A DNA stretch of 64,000 bases. Origin: an uncultured Rivularia sp. GTDB taxonomy: Bacteria > Cyanobacteriota > Cyanobacteriia > Cyanobacteriales > Nostocaceae. Below, piece after piece: positions 52,170 through 62,589 of this stretch. The position numbers and the translations under genes are program-made. Positions within the stretch are counted from its first letter, which is position 1; every line of letters begins with the position of its first letter. The notes below the pieces were generated by a model. That model saw nothing but the letters and a program-made list of their open reading frames with translations. It ran no database searches and was not told the origin of the DNA. The stretch covers positions 8,384,001 to 8,448,000 of the forward strand of contig OY762007.1 of the NCBI GenBank assembly GCA_963665115.1, read 5' to 3'.

Positions 52170-54926
52170 CTAAATATCATTTCCCATTTCCGACTGCGAC
52201 AATACACTTTCAATCAGTTGGAGATTTTCTTTACTTTCCCCTTGCTTAAGATATTCGATTGCAATTCTTCCCGGTGCAGGCTTTTCTTGACTAATAGAAA
52301 TTAATATTTTGACTGTTTGAATCAGCGTATTCCTTTCTAAATGTCCTACTGTAATTGTTGGTAGTGCGATCGCAGCAGTTATAAGTGCCAAAATGTTTGG
52401 GATAGCAGGTACCCACCATCCCTGTAAAAAAGCTAAGTAAGCAACACCCAAAATTCCGACAATTGAAAAGATCGCAGCAATGACAATAAAACTGCGAGAA
52501 TTGATTTTCCAAGCTAATATTGCACCTATTCCCGACCAAAACAAAATCCATAGCCATTCTATAGGCTCAGAGCATACTCGTAAAAAACCTTTTCCATCCA
52601 AAGCCGCACTCAGTAATTGACTGATAATATTTGCATGAATCGTTACTCCTGCCATTTGTTTGGGAACTCCTTGCAAACGCTGGCTGCTATAGGGAGTCAA
52701 AAACGAATCGTTAATACTTTCGGCTGTTACACCTATGAGAGCTATCCGCGATTTTAATGCTTGCGGAGGTATGCGATTAGCTAACAAATCTGTAATAGAG
52801 AAAGTTTGAAACTGTGCCCTTGTGCCATGATAATTAAGCAGAATTTGATATCCTCCCGTTTTAGCTCGAATGTAGCTACCGTGATTGGGTTGTAAAGGTT
52901 TAAATACGGTTTTTCCGAGTTGAATATGATAAGGTTTTTTAGGCAGTGCTTTGAATGTAATATCTTCTGCTTTGAGATAACCCAAAGCCAATTTTACAGC
53001 AAAGCTAAACTTATATTTATCTTTTATTAATTGATAAGAAAGTAAAGCCCGACGTACTTTGCCATCTTCATCTAAAATCTGGTCATCAAAACCTACTCTA
53101 TCTAATTTTTCTAAAACTTTAGATGGTGCAACTTGACTATCGACTATTTTTTCTATTCCAATTAAATTAGAAGTAGTTTTGAATAATTCAACTAACTCTT
53201 CATGACCTGGTTCCACAGGTAAATCTCTATATAAAGCCAGTCCAATCATCCTGGGTTTATAAGATTTTAAATTTCTTAAAGCGGCTGCCAATACTTTATC
53301 GGATAAAGGATATTTACCAATTGTTTGAATATCCGACTCATCAACAGTTATAATAGCTATTTTAGGTTCTATTGTTGCCTGTAAATTTGCTTGAAAAAAT
53401 CTATCCCATATAGTTAATTCCATTCCTTGCAATAAACCAGTAGAACGTAGCAAAATAACAAAAAAAGCAACACCGATTGAAATAGCAATCGTCCAACGTT
53501 TGAGCAACCGTATATTCTTGACTTTATCTTTTGCTATTCTCTTCACATCTGCTAAAATTTTATATGCTTGTTTTGCAGCCTCTAATGCAAATTCTGCTTT
53601 TTCAAGCTCCTGATTTGCAGCAATCAAATTATTTTCTACTTCTTGTTTTACCAGCTTTTGGCTGGCACTCAAATAACGGTAATCTAAATCGGAAAGCTTT
53701 TTATTATCTGCCCATAATAGTGCTTGTTTAAGGGCTAAACCACTCAATAGCTGGGAATTATCCTGCTGTTGGGAATCAATCCAAGTATTAAATTTTTCAT
53801 AATAAGGACGGAGATTCTCTAATTGCTGGCTTACCCATTCTTTATCAAATATTTCCCGATAAATCCTATTTTTTACTTTTATAACTCCTTGCTCGTTTAC
53901 AACTAAACCAGATAGCAGAAGTTCAATTTTTTCTGAACTGTTATTGCTCTGTATTATTTCCCCTAACAATATTCTTTGGTAAATACCTAACAAACGTCCC
54001 GCTAATTGTTCGTTACTCAGAATCCGATTACTAATAGTTCTTAAATGCTCCGGTTCATCCTGGAATTCCCAATTTTCGATAATTTGCGATCGCACAATTT
54101 TTTCAACGAATAATTCATGGTTTGATAAATCATCTCCACTTGCGAATTGTTGAGTATATTCACATAAAAATTTACATAATTTTTGAGTCAAAAAGGGCTG
54201 CCCATTTGTCCAATATAAAACTTCTTTTATTACTTTATGCGGTTTTTCTATCTGATTCTGTAAACCTTTATTTAAAGGTTGAATTTGCTCTAAAGTAAAA
54301 CCATTTAATTCAATTGATTTACCAATATTAAACGGAGTGCGCTTCTTATTTTTAATTAAATCCGATGGTGTTGCAACTCCAAATATCGCGAAAGTAATTC
54401 GCTTATAAGCTGGATTGATTGTTCTCTGGTTATAGCAAAACCGAATTAAAGCAAAAAAATCATCTACTGAAAAAGGTAAACTGAGTATGCTATCTATTTC
54501 ATCAATAAATATAAATAGCTCTTCCGTAGGAAACTGTTCTAAAATAACGTCAGAAATAAATAGATTTAATCTCTGCAAGATAGGAATATCTTCTTGTTCG
54601 CGCCACCAACTTTTGAAATTAACCTTTCCAAAAAGATTAAAGCCTAAATATAATTGAGAGATAATTCCCTTATACCATTGCTCCGGAGTCACATTTTCAC
54701 TACCAATACCCGTCACATCAACAGCAGTACAGCGAAAACCCTCTTGCTCTAAACGGTGCTTGGTGCGTACTAACAGAGAAGATTTTCCCATCTGTCGAGA
54801 ATTAAGCACATAGCAAAATTCTCCTTTTTTCAAAGCTTCGTATAATTGTACATCTGCTTCTCGCTCTACATAGGTAAGAGCATCGTTACTTAAACTTCCA
54901 CCTACTTGATATTCATAATTGCTCAT
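52170..54926 (-). CDS. AAA_35 NTPase - TM - CHASE2 - 3TM membrane receptor
   Basis: [51 protein letters not shown]2 [35 protein letters not shown]. Confidence 0.9.
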   Translation of the reverse strand: MSNYEYQVGGSLSNDALTYVEREADVQLYEALKKGEFCYVLNSRQMGKSSLLVRTKHRLEQEGFRCTAVDVTGIGSENVTPEQWYKGIISQLYLGFNLFGKVNFKSWWREQEDIPILQRLNLFISDVILEQFPTEELFIFIDEIDSILSLPFSVDDFFALIRFCYNQRTINPAYKRITFAIFGVATPSDLIKNKKRTPFNIGKSIELNGFTLEQIQPLNKGLQNQIEKPHKVIKEVLYWTNGQPFLTQKLCKFLCEYTQQFASGDDLSNHELFVEKIVRSQIIENWEFQDEPEHLRTISNRILSNEQLAGRLLGIYQRILLGEIIQSNNSSEKIELLLSGLVVNEQGVIKVKNRIYREIFDKEWVSQQLENLRPYYEKFNTWIDSQQQDNSQLLSGLALKQALLWADNKKLSDLDYRYLSASQKLVKQEVENNLIAANQELEKAEFALEAAKQAYKILADVKRIAKDKVKNIRLLKRWTIAISIGVAFFVILLRSTGLLQGMELTIWDRFFQANLQATIEPKIAIITVDESDIQTIGKYPLSDKVLAAALRNLKSYKPRMIGLALYRDLPVEPGHEELVELFKTTSNLIGIEKIVDSQVAPSKVLEKLDRVGFDDQILDEDGKVRRALLSYQLIKDKYKFSFAVKLALGYLKAEDITFKALPKKPYHIQLGKTVFKPLQPNHGSYIRAKTGGYQILLNYHGTRAQFQTFSITDLLANRIPPQALKSRIALIGVTAESINDSFLTPYSSQRLQGVPKQMAGVTIHANIISQLLSAALDGKGFLRVCSEPIEWLWILFWSGIGAILAWKINSRSFIVIAAIFSIVGILGVAYLAFLQGWWVPAIPNILALITAAIALPTITVGHLERNTLIQTVKILISISQEKPAPGRIAIEYLKQGESKENLQLIESVLSQSEMGNDI

Positions 54927-55347
54927 TATTATTTACAGTTACACATTGCAATCTATTCACATAAGCTATTAAATGAGGCAGCATTTGCATAGAGTATTTA
55001 TGTATTAACCGAAGAATTATTAATATGCCTTTTTTTGAAACGCTATAAATACAGGTTTAAGCTGTTAGGCACTTAATTTGTATAGTACCCTTCGTGCAAG
55101 ATGCATGTCCTGGCGGACACGCTATTAATTTTGTTACTGATTCTAGTAAAAGCTGATGAAACGCATTCTTCTGATTTCATACATGAGTACTGCTAAATGG
55201 CGATAGGCCCAAGCCGACACCGAAGGTGTATCGCACTGTGCCAGTTGCGTAAGTCTTGAGTTAAATTGATGTTTTTAATATCTAATTCCAGGATGGGAGG
55301 TAAATTTATTGTGAGGGGATTCATGATATTAGTCAAAATAGCGGTAA

Positions 55348-55480
55348 TATAAGTAATTAAACAAAATTAATTACATATTGTCATTGCAAGTTGAACGGAG
55401 TGAAACGAAGCAATCGCAAGGGTTGGGATTACTTCGCGCAGCGAATAATGACGGTAAATATTTTTGTTCACCTACTTATA
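55348..55480. mobile_element. MITE related to 41715-41846
   Basis: TATAAGTAATTAAACAAAATTA ... TTTTGTTCACCTACTTATA; internal GTCATTGC...AATGAC. Confidence 0.7.
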
Positions 55481-55546
55481 TATTTATTCTAGTTTTATTC
55501 TGATTTTATCTAAAAAAATTGCTGTAACTACCTTTAATCAAAGCTT

Positions 55547-58102
55547 GTGAATTTAACCCGCTACTTAATTTTAATATTACTGACTTTTCTTTTAACTATA
55601 ACGGTTGCACCAGTTGCAGCAAGATATCCTGTTTCTATTTCTGTTAATCCTTCTTCTTTAACACGTACAGCACAATCAAATACTCTTGAACGAGGAAAAC
55701 AATTTTACGAGGAAGGTAAATTAATTCAAGCTCTGAAAGTATGGTTGGAAGCTGTAAAGGAATTTGAAAAAAAGGGAGAATTACGCAATCAAGTTTTAGC
55801 TAATAACTATTTGAGTGTCGTTTATCAAGATTTGGGAAATTGGCAAGCAGCAAAGAAGTCTATAAATAATGCTTTAAAAGTAGTTAAAAATATTGATAAT
55901 GGGTTACTTTATGCTCAAATTTTAAATACCAACGGTAGTTTGCAGTTGAAAACGGGTAATGCTCAAATAGCTTTGGAAACTTGGAAGCAATCTGAGGAAG
56001 TTTATCGTCAACTCGATGATGCGACGGGAATTGTTCTGAGTCAAATTAATCAAGCTCAAGCTTTGCAAAATTTGGGATTTTATCGTCGCGCAAGAACCGA
56101 GTTAGAACAAGTTGCTCTCGATTTAGAAAAATTACCCGATTCTTTAATCAAAGCTAGGGGTTTGCGGAGTTTGGGTATTACTTTACAAGCGGTGGGAGAT
56201 TTAGGTAATTCTCAAAAAATATTATTGCAAAGTTTGAATATTGCTCAAAAATACAATTCGACAGTAGATGCTGCTCAAGCTTTATTGGTATTGGGAAATT
56301 CAGCAAAAATAAAAGATAATTTAACTACGGCTTTGGATTATTACGAACAAGCAGCAGCCATAGCTCCAGATTCTCGCAGCAAGTTGTCAGCGCAAATTAA
56401 TCAATTTAGTTTGCTTTTATTAGTCGAACAACCTAAAACAGCTTCACAATTACTTTCTAAAATCCAAAATATTCTTCTTACAATTCCTCCGAGTCGTTTT
56501 TCTATCTATAGTCGGGTAAATTTAGCTCAAAGTATTATCAAATATGGAGAATTAAATATTGGGTATGAGGAATTAGGAAAGATTTTAGCGAAAGCTGTAA
56601 AACAAGCGCGGGAATTAAAAGATAAAAGAGCGGAATCTTACGCTGTAGGAGAATTAGGACATCTTTACGAACAAACTTCTCAGTTTTCTGAAGCTTTAGA
56701 TTTAACAACTGATGCTTTAACTTTAGCTCAAGGTATTCAAGCAGATGATATTACAGCTAGTTTATTATGGCAGCAAGGAAGAATTTATAAAGCAAGGGGA
56801 AATCAACAAGCAGCGATTACAGCTTATTCCCAAGCGGTAGATAATTTAAAATCTTTGCGTCAAGATTTGGTGCAGATGAATCCCGACGTGCAGTTTTCTT
56901 TCCGAGATGAGGTTGAACCTGTATATAGAGAGTTGGTACAACTGCTTTTACAAGATGTTGATAATTTAGCTCCTCAAATCAAACAGCAGCGTCTGGAAAA
57001 ATCTCGTCAAATCATTGAAGGATTGCAGGTTGCGGAATTAGAAAATTTTCTTAAAGCAGCTTGTTTAACTTATCAGCCCCAACCGATAGAACAAATCGAT
57101 CGAAATGCTGCGGTAATATATCCGATTATTGTCGATGGCCGTTTGGAAGTCGTTTTATCTCTTCCCAATCTTCCTTTGCAGCATTATTCCACTAAGGTTT
57201 CCCAGGAAGAGGAAAATTCGGTATTTAATCAACTGCGTCAATCTTTAAATCCTGCTTTCCCAGCTTCAGAAGTATTAGCTCCCGCTCAAAAGGTATATAA
57301 TTGGTTATTACGCCCTGTAGAAACAGAATTACAAAATAGTAAAATTACAACTTTGGTATTTGTCCTCGATGGCTTTCTTCGCAGTTTACCGATGTCGATT
57401 TTACATGACGGCGAAAAATTCCTAGTTGAAAAATACAATATTGCTTTAACCCCTGGATTGCAACTTTTCGAGTCGCGAAATCTCCCTGCTCAACAATTCA
57501 AAGCTTTAACTGGGGGATTAACACAAGCAAGTCAAGGATTTTCAGCTTTACCAAGTGTGGAAACAGAAATTGCTCAAATTTCCAACTTTGTCAACACTCA
57601 AACTTTACTAAACGAACAATTTACCCGTCCCAAAATTCAAAATAAAATAGAATCCGCTCCCTTTTCGGTAATTCATCTTGCTACCCACGGACAATTTAGC
57701 TCCAAAGCCGAAGATACATTTTTATTAACTTGGCAAGATAGAATTAACGTCAAAGACTTGGGTAAATGGTTGAAAAATCCATCTTCCAACTTACGCGATC
57801 GCCAACCAATTGAACTTTTAGTTTTAAGTGCTTGTCAAACAGCCAAAGGAGACAACCGTGCAGCTTTAGGATTAGCAGGAGTTGCAGTTCGTTCTGGCGC
57901 TAGAAGTACTTTAGCAACACTTTGGTCGGTACAAGATAAATCGACATCAGACTTGATAACCGAATTTTACCGCGTTTTAACACAAAATAAAACCACCAAA
58001 GCCGAAGCCTTGCGTCAAGCACAATTATCTTTGTTAAAGGATACTCAATACCAACATCCTTATTATTGGTCCCCTTTTGTTTTAATTGGGAATTGGCAGT
58101 AG
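55547..58102 (+). CDS. Secreted TPR plus CHAT protease, paralog 2
   Basis: Signal peptide, TPRs, IHLATHG, LLVLSACQTA, HPYYWSPFVLIGNWQ. Confidence 0.93.
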   Translation: MNLTRYLILILLTFLLTITVAPVAARYPVSISVNPSSLTRTAQSNTLERGKQFYEEGKLIQALKVWLEAVKEFEKKGELRNQVLANNYLSVVYQDLGNWQAAKKSINNALKVVKNIDNGLLYAQILNTNGSLQLKTGNAQIALETWKQSEEVYRQLDDATGIVLSQINQAQALQNLGFYRRARTELEQVALDLEKLPDSLIKARGLRSLGITLQAVGDLGNSQKILLQSLNIAQKYNSTVDAAQALLVLGNSAKIKDNLTTALDYYEQAAAIAPDSRSKLSAQINQFSLLLLVEQPKTASQLLSKIQNILLTIPPSRFSIYSRVNLAQSIIKYGELNIGYEELGKILAKAVKQARELKDKRAESYAVGELGHLYEQTSQFSEALDLTTDALTLAQGIQADDITASLLWQQGRIYKARGNQQAAITAYSQAVDNLKSLRQDLVQMNPDVQFSFRDEVEPVYRELVQLLLQDVDNLAPQIKQQRLEKSRQIIEGLQVAELENFLKAACLTYQPQPIEQIDRNAAVIYPIIVDGRLEVVLSLPNLPLQHYSTKVSQEEENSVFNQLRQSLNPAFPASEVLAPAQKVYNWLLRPVETELQNSKITTLVFVLDGFLRSLPMSILHDGEKFLVEKYNIALTPGLQLFESRNLPAQQFKALTGGLTQASQGFSALPSVETEIAQISNFVNTQTLLNEQFTRPKIQNKIESAPFSVIHLATHGQFSSKAEDTFLLTWQDRINVKDLGKWLKNPSSNLRDRQPIELLVLSACQTAKGDNRAALGLAGVAVRSGARSTLATLWSVQDKSTSDLITEFYRVLTQNKTTKAEALRQAQLSLLKDTQYQHPYYWSPFVLIGNWQ

Positions 58103-58136
58103 ATTTGGGGATTGATAATTGATAATTGATAACTGT

Positions 58137-58523
58137 TTATTTTCTCGCCCAAATTTGTGTAACGCGAGGAATTCCAAATATAGTAGTTTTATCTAAAGCT
58201 ATTTCTTTTAACTGAACAACTGTTCGATCGATTTGTGCAGGTAATTCTAACCCAGCTTCAATCAAAGCGTTTTTTGCTTCCGATAGTGACATATTGATAA
58301 GACGCTTATTCTCTCCCGCTACAACTGGCTGTACAAATGAAATTTCCGGATTTATAAACCCAGCATTCTGAAACATCTTGTAAAGTTCGATTCCCAGACA
58401 AAAGTTTTGACCTCTTTCTTTTGTCAAACTAATTAACATTTGATAACAACGATCGTGAACTTGAGAAGATGGTTTGCAAAAAGCTTTACTAAAATCTGCT
58501 TCCTCACAGATAAATAATCCACT
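58137..58523 (-). pseudogene. C-terminal fragment of a class I SAM methyltransferase
   Basis: G..ICEEAD, G.ELYKMF.NAGF, QIWARK; upstream in-frame TGA and no SAM-binding motif. Confidence 0.65.
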
Positions 58524-58976
58524 TCATGTGCTTGAGAATGACTCAACATATGAGTTCAAAAGCTTTGCGTCACTATGCGTTAAAAAATATATCTTAAATC
58601 GTATCCGCTCAGTAAATGGGGGTAAGAAGAAAAAATAAGAAGTAGCAAAGGTATCAGTTTTTACGAGTATATGCGTGACCGCATTTCTCATATTGAAACT
58701 ATTCATCTTTAGGGACAATTATTCAGGAGAAATCTTCTTCCAATCCCTTGATGGGTAATTCGCAAGCAGTTTTTTGCCATAACCAAGGGTAATTACTGAA
58801 ATATTATTTTAACTAATTACAATGATTCACTTAGCTATAACTTGATTCCGGAAATACACCAAACCTAGTGGTTAACCACATTAATTTTGCAGGGCAAAAA
58901 GGTTCGTAGTAAGGGCTTTAGCCCTTGAATTTAGGACTAAAGTCCCAACTACAAACCTATCTCTATGAAACTTCTT

Positions 58977-60350
58977 TTACCCCAAATTAAAAAATATAGA
59001 AGAAAGAAAACAAGCAGCAATCAATCCAGTTGCATCAGCTAATAAAGCAGCAACCAAAGCGTGACGAATGCTAGTAATTCCGACTGCACCAAAATAAACT
59101 GCAAGTACATAAAAAGTTGTTTCGGTACTTCCCATCATGGTTGAAGCAACGAAAGCACTATAGGAATCCGGTGCTTTTTCAATTAATTCACTCATGATTC
59201 CAAATGCACCACCTCCAGAAAGAGGGCGTATTAAAGCCATTGGTAATACTTCTGCTGGAAGTTGAATTAAATTAGTAATCGGATTTAAAATGTTAGCGAT
59301 GACATCCATTGCACCCGATGCTCGGAACATCCCAATTGCAACTAAAATAGCTACCAAAAATGGAATCACGCTAATCGCAATCCCAAATCCTTGTTTGGCT
59401 CCTTCCGTAACTGCTTCGTAAATTTTAACTCCTCTTCCCACACCATAAGCAATAATTAATAATATTAAAGCTGGCATTAGCCAATGAGAAAGAAAATCTT
59501 GATTAAAAAATCCGGCAACATTACCAGCTTTGATTACTCCATAAACCCAACTTCCTATAAATCCGAAAATAAATAACCAAGCAAATATTTTTGAAGCTGT
59601 ACCTGCGGGATAAAGCAGATGCGAATAATCTCCTTCAACAGCTTCATTTTCTACTTTTTCTACTTCTCCTACTCCTACTTCTTCTATTTCAACTTCTTCT
59701 AATTCTAAATTCTTACATTCTGGTGCTTCACCTTTTTTCTTGCTTCTCTCACCCAACCACAAAGCTACCGAAACTCCCACAAAAGTAGATAATAAAGTAG
59801 AAATTAAAGTCGGTATCCAGATAGCCGCCGGGTTTTGACTATTAGCAGCAGCCCTGATTCCAATTACACCTAAAGGAAGTAAAGTAACGCTGGAAGTATT
59901 TATTGCCAGAAATAAACACATCGCATTAGTAGCAGTTCCTTTTATGGGATTAATTTTATTCAGTTCAACCATCGCTTTAATTCCAAAAGGAGTAGCTGCA
60001 TTTCCCAAACCCAACATATTCGCAGAAATATTAAGAATTATTGCCCCCATTGCTGGGTGAGTAGCAGGTACATCGGGAAACAGTTTGATCATTAAAGGTT
60101 TAAGATATTTGGCAATGGTATACATCAAACCACCAGCTTCCAAAACCCGCACCAATCCCAACCAAAGCGCCATCACTCCAATTAAATCGATCGCTAAACC
60201 AACAGCAGTTTTTGCCGACTCAAAACTGGCTTTGGTAACAGCTTCCATATTATTTGTATAAGCTGCAAAAATAATCGCAACTGCAATAAAACCGACAAAA
60301 ACAAGATTAATTGCACTCGGTTTTTGTGATAATGAATTCGATTGAGCCAT
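58977..60350 (-). CDS. Fused SpmA/SpmB-like nucleoside-recognition (Gate) domain membrane protein
   Basis: ANMLGLGNAATPFGIKAM, FLAINTSS, RPLSGGG, GSTETTFYVLAVYFG. Confidence 0.92.
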   Translation of the reverse strand: MAQSNSLSQKPSAINLVFVGFIAVAIIFAAYTNNMEAVTKASFESAKTAVGLAIDLIGVMALWLGLVRVLEAGGLMYTIAKYLKPLMIKLFPDVPATHPAMGAIILNISANMLGLGNAATPFGIKAMVELNKINPIKGTATNAMCLFLAINTSSVTLLPLGVIGIRAAANSQNPAAIWIPTLISTLLSTFVGVSVALWLGERSKKKGEAPECKNLELEEVEIEEVGVGEVEKVENEAVEGDYSHLLYPAGTASKIFAWLFIFGFIGSWVYGVIKAGNVAGFFNQDFLSHWLMPALILLIIAYGVGRGVKIYEAVTEGAKQGFGIAISVIPFLVAILVAIGMFRASGAMDVIANILNPITNLIQLPAEVLPMALIRPLSGGGAFGIMSELIEKAPDSYSAFVASTMMGSTETTFYVLAVYFGAVGITSIRHALVAALLADATGLIAACFLSSIFFNLG

Positions 60351-60544
60351 AATATTTTTAGAGAAAATATCTGAAGAATAAAAGAACTAATAACCGCAAA
60401 AGCATATCGCTACGCAAAGGCATATGTAAAGTCAGGTTCAGAACAATTGTTTCTGAGCATGGGTGTAGAAAGTTTTCCGGTTTATATTTCTATTGCAGGT
60501 ATGACTCATCATCGGAGCCTTTGTTCCTTTCTCGGATTAGTAGG

Positions 60545-60603
60545 TTTCGTAGTAGCGCTTCAGCGCCTCATGATTCGGAGACGCTAAAGCGCTACTACAA
60601 ACC
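60545..60603. repeat. REP palindrome GTAGTAGCGCTT...GCGCTACTAC; second copy at 62441-62499
   Basis: Inverted arms with shared CATGATTCGGA loop. Confidence 0.85.
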
Positions 60604-61320
60604 ATCATCATTTGATTCAACTGAAGCGCTCGTATAAAGTTCTTTGATTCGTTCAAATTCCAACTCATTCAAATAATCTACAGTCCAATTGGATTGACGC
60701 TGTAGCATATGAAATGGATATGTATTCGCAACTCCGACAACTTTCATACCTGCTGCTTTCGCTGCTTGAACACCTGCAAGTGTGTCTTCAATAGCCAAAC
60801 ATTCGCTTGCTTGCAGATTTAATTCTGGATATTCTTGTCTCAAACGTTCTAGTACAAGTAAATAACCGTCGGGTTGTGGTTTAACAGTAGTAATATCGTC
60901 TGCTGCAACTATAACTTGAAAATATTCAGCTAACTCGGCTCGTTTAAGAACTAACTCTATTTCCCGGCGAATTGCACCACTAACTATTGCTAATTTTAAA
61001 TTGCTCGAACGTATTTTAAAGATAAAATCATTTAAGCCGGGGTATAAAGGCAGTTTTTCTAAACTTTCTATTTGCTCGACGTAACTTTGAGCTTTTTTTT
61101 GCTGTAACTTAGTCAAATACTCTTCGGAAGCAACTCTTCCGCGACTGGCTAATAAATCTCGCAAACAAGCCCTGTCAGTATGTCCCAAACAAATTTTCCG
61201 ATACTCACCCCGTTTGAGTACCAGGTTTTCTTCTAGCAACATTTCTTCTATTAATTGCTGATGAATTGGCTCATCATTAATAATAGCGCCATTAAAATCA
61301 AATATAACTGCCTTTATCAT
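60595..61320 (-). CDS. HAD family phosphatase (subfamily IA)
   Basis: IFDFNG, VSGA, KPQPDGY, IEDTLAGVQAAKAAGM. Confidence 0.92.
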   Translation of the reverse strand: MIKAVIFDFNGAIINDEPIHQQLIEEMLLEENLVLKRGEYRKICLGHTDRACLRDLLASRGRVASEEYLTKLQQKKAQSYVEQIESLEKLPLYPGLNDFIFKIRSSNLKLAIVSGAIRREIELVLKRAELAEYFQVIVAADDITTVKPQPDGYLLVLERLRQEYPELNLQASECLAIEDTLAGVQAAKAAGMKVVGVANTYPFHMLQRQSNWTVDYLNELEFERIKELYTSASVESNDDGL

Positions 61321-61329
61321 GCTTGCTTG

Positions 61330-62223
61330 CTACGCTGGGGACGGAAAACCAAAGCTATCATCTAATGTACTATTAGAAGTTGGAGTATAGCGCTTAATAT
61401 CAGCTTGAGTTGCTTTATCTTCCGCAGAAATCGGCTTGATACCGCTAGTCAACTGACTTATCAACCATACATCTTCGGTTCGCACCGTTGCAAATTTCGC
61501 AGCGCCCATCTTCGCATCGGTACTGTCAGCAGCATATTCGTGGATATAAGGTTCCTCAAAAATATTATTCAGCCAATCTAGATGACGCAAAGTCTTCTGA
61601 TTCCCATCTAATATTAAAACTTGTCCCCCAGGTACCAGCAACCGAAAACATTCATGCAAAATATTCTGTGCAACCGTAACTGGGGTTTCATGGAACAATA
61701 AAGAAGCCGTAACCAAATCAAACGAAGCATCTGGAAAAGACGTATTTTCGGCATTCCCCTGCTGCCACTCAATGTTTAAACCAGCAGTTTGCGACTTATG
61801 GAAACTTCTAAGCAACATATAAGGGGATAAATCCAATCCGATGACTTCTGCATCAGGGAAAGCTTGCTTCAACATGATAGTCGTCGAACCAGTACCGCAA
61901 CCCAAATCCAGAATGCGTCGTGGTTTTACATTTACCCCATCAATCAAAGCTTGACGAATCCAAGTTTCATTCGGTGGTAAAACATATTGAGTCACCGCAT
62001 CGTAACTCACCGCAGCACCAGGATTCAAATATCCTTTATCTACTCCATGAAAATTTTGCGAACTGTAGTATGCAGGAATAACTACATCATCTCGTCGAAA
62101 GCGATCGCTCTCTTCTTCCCAATTTACACTTTCGGAATAACGTCGTAACTCTTCTTCATCAATCAAAACACGAGCCACAGGAGATAAAAAACGTTCCCAA
62201 ATTGTATTTTCATGGACTGCCAT
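61330..62223 (-). CDS. Class I SAM-dependent methyltransferase (UbiE-like)
   Basis: ILDLGCGTG, LDLSPYML, SFDLV...LLFHE, L.PGG. Confidence 0.92.
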   Translation of the reverse strand: MAVHENTIWERFLSPVARVLIDEEELRRYSESVNWEEESDRFRRDDVVIPAYYSSQNFHGVDKGYLNPGAAVSYDAVTQYVLPPNETWIRQALIDGVNVKPRRILDLGCGTGSTTIMLKQAFPDAEVIGLDLSPYMLLRSFHKSQTAGLNIEWQQGNAENTSFPDASFDLVTASLLFHETPVTVAQNILHECFRLLVPGGQVLILDGNQKTLRHLDWLNNIFEEPYIHEYAADSTDAKMGAAKFATVRTEDVWLISQLTSGIKPISAEDKATQADIKRYTPTSNSTLDDSFGFPSPA

Positions 62224-62392
62224 CTGTATAAATCCTTAAGTAGGGAGTAGGGAGTAGGGAATAGGGAATAGGGAGTAGAAAAAAGATTTCCCCAATTTCC
62301 CTTGGTAAAGTGCTAAACATAAAAGTATTTTATTCATAAAATTTTAATATATTTTTGTCAATTCTGTGATTTTTTGTTCCCATACGGGAAAA

Positions 62393-62428
62393 TTGACTTT
62401 CTAGAAATATGTACTACAATCGTATTAC
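62393..62428 (+). promoter_or_regulatory. Putative sigma70 promoter of rtcB with overlapping palindrome
   Basis: TTGACT-N16-TACAAT; TGTACTAC-AATC-GTATTACA. Confidence 0.5.
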
Positions 62429-62589
62429 AACGGCAATTTAGTTTGTAGTAGCGCTTCAGCGCATCATGATTCGGATGCGCTGAAGCGCTACTACGAACCT
62501 AAAATAGTCCGCAGTCGAATATTTTTAAAGTTATTTGCAGTTGATTTACAAAGAATCCGTTGTTAAAATCTAAAATCTAAAATCGAATT

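Noticed and set aside
60360..60540. Riboswitch upstream of the SpmAB-like gene
   Set aside because: Only a TTTCTAC fragment resembles a purine aptamer; could not build the stems
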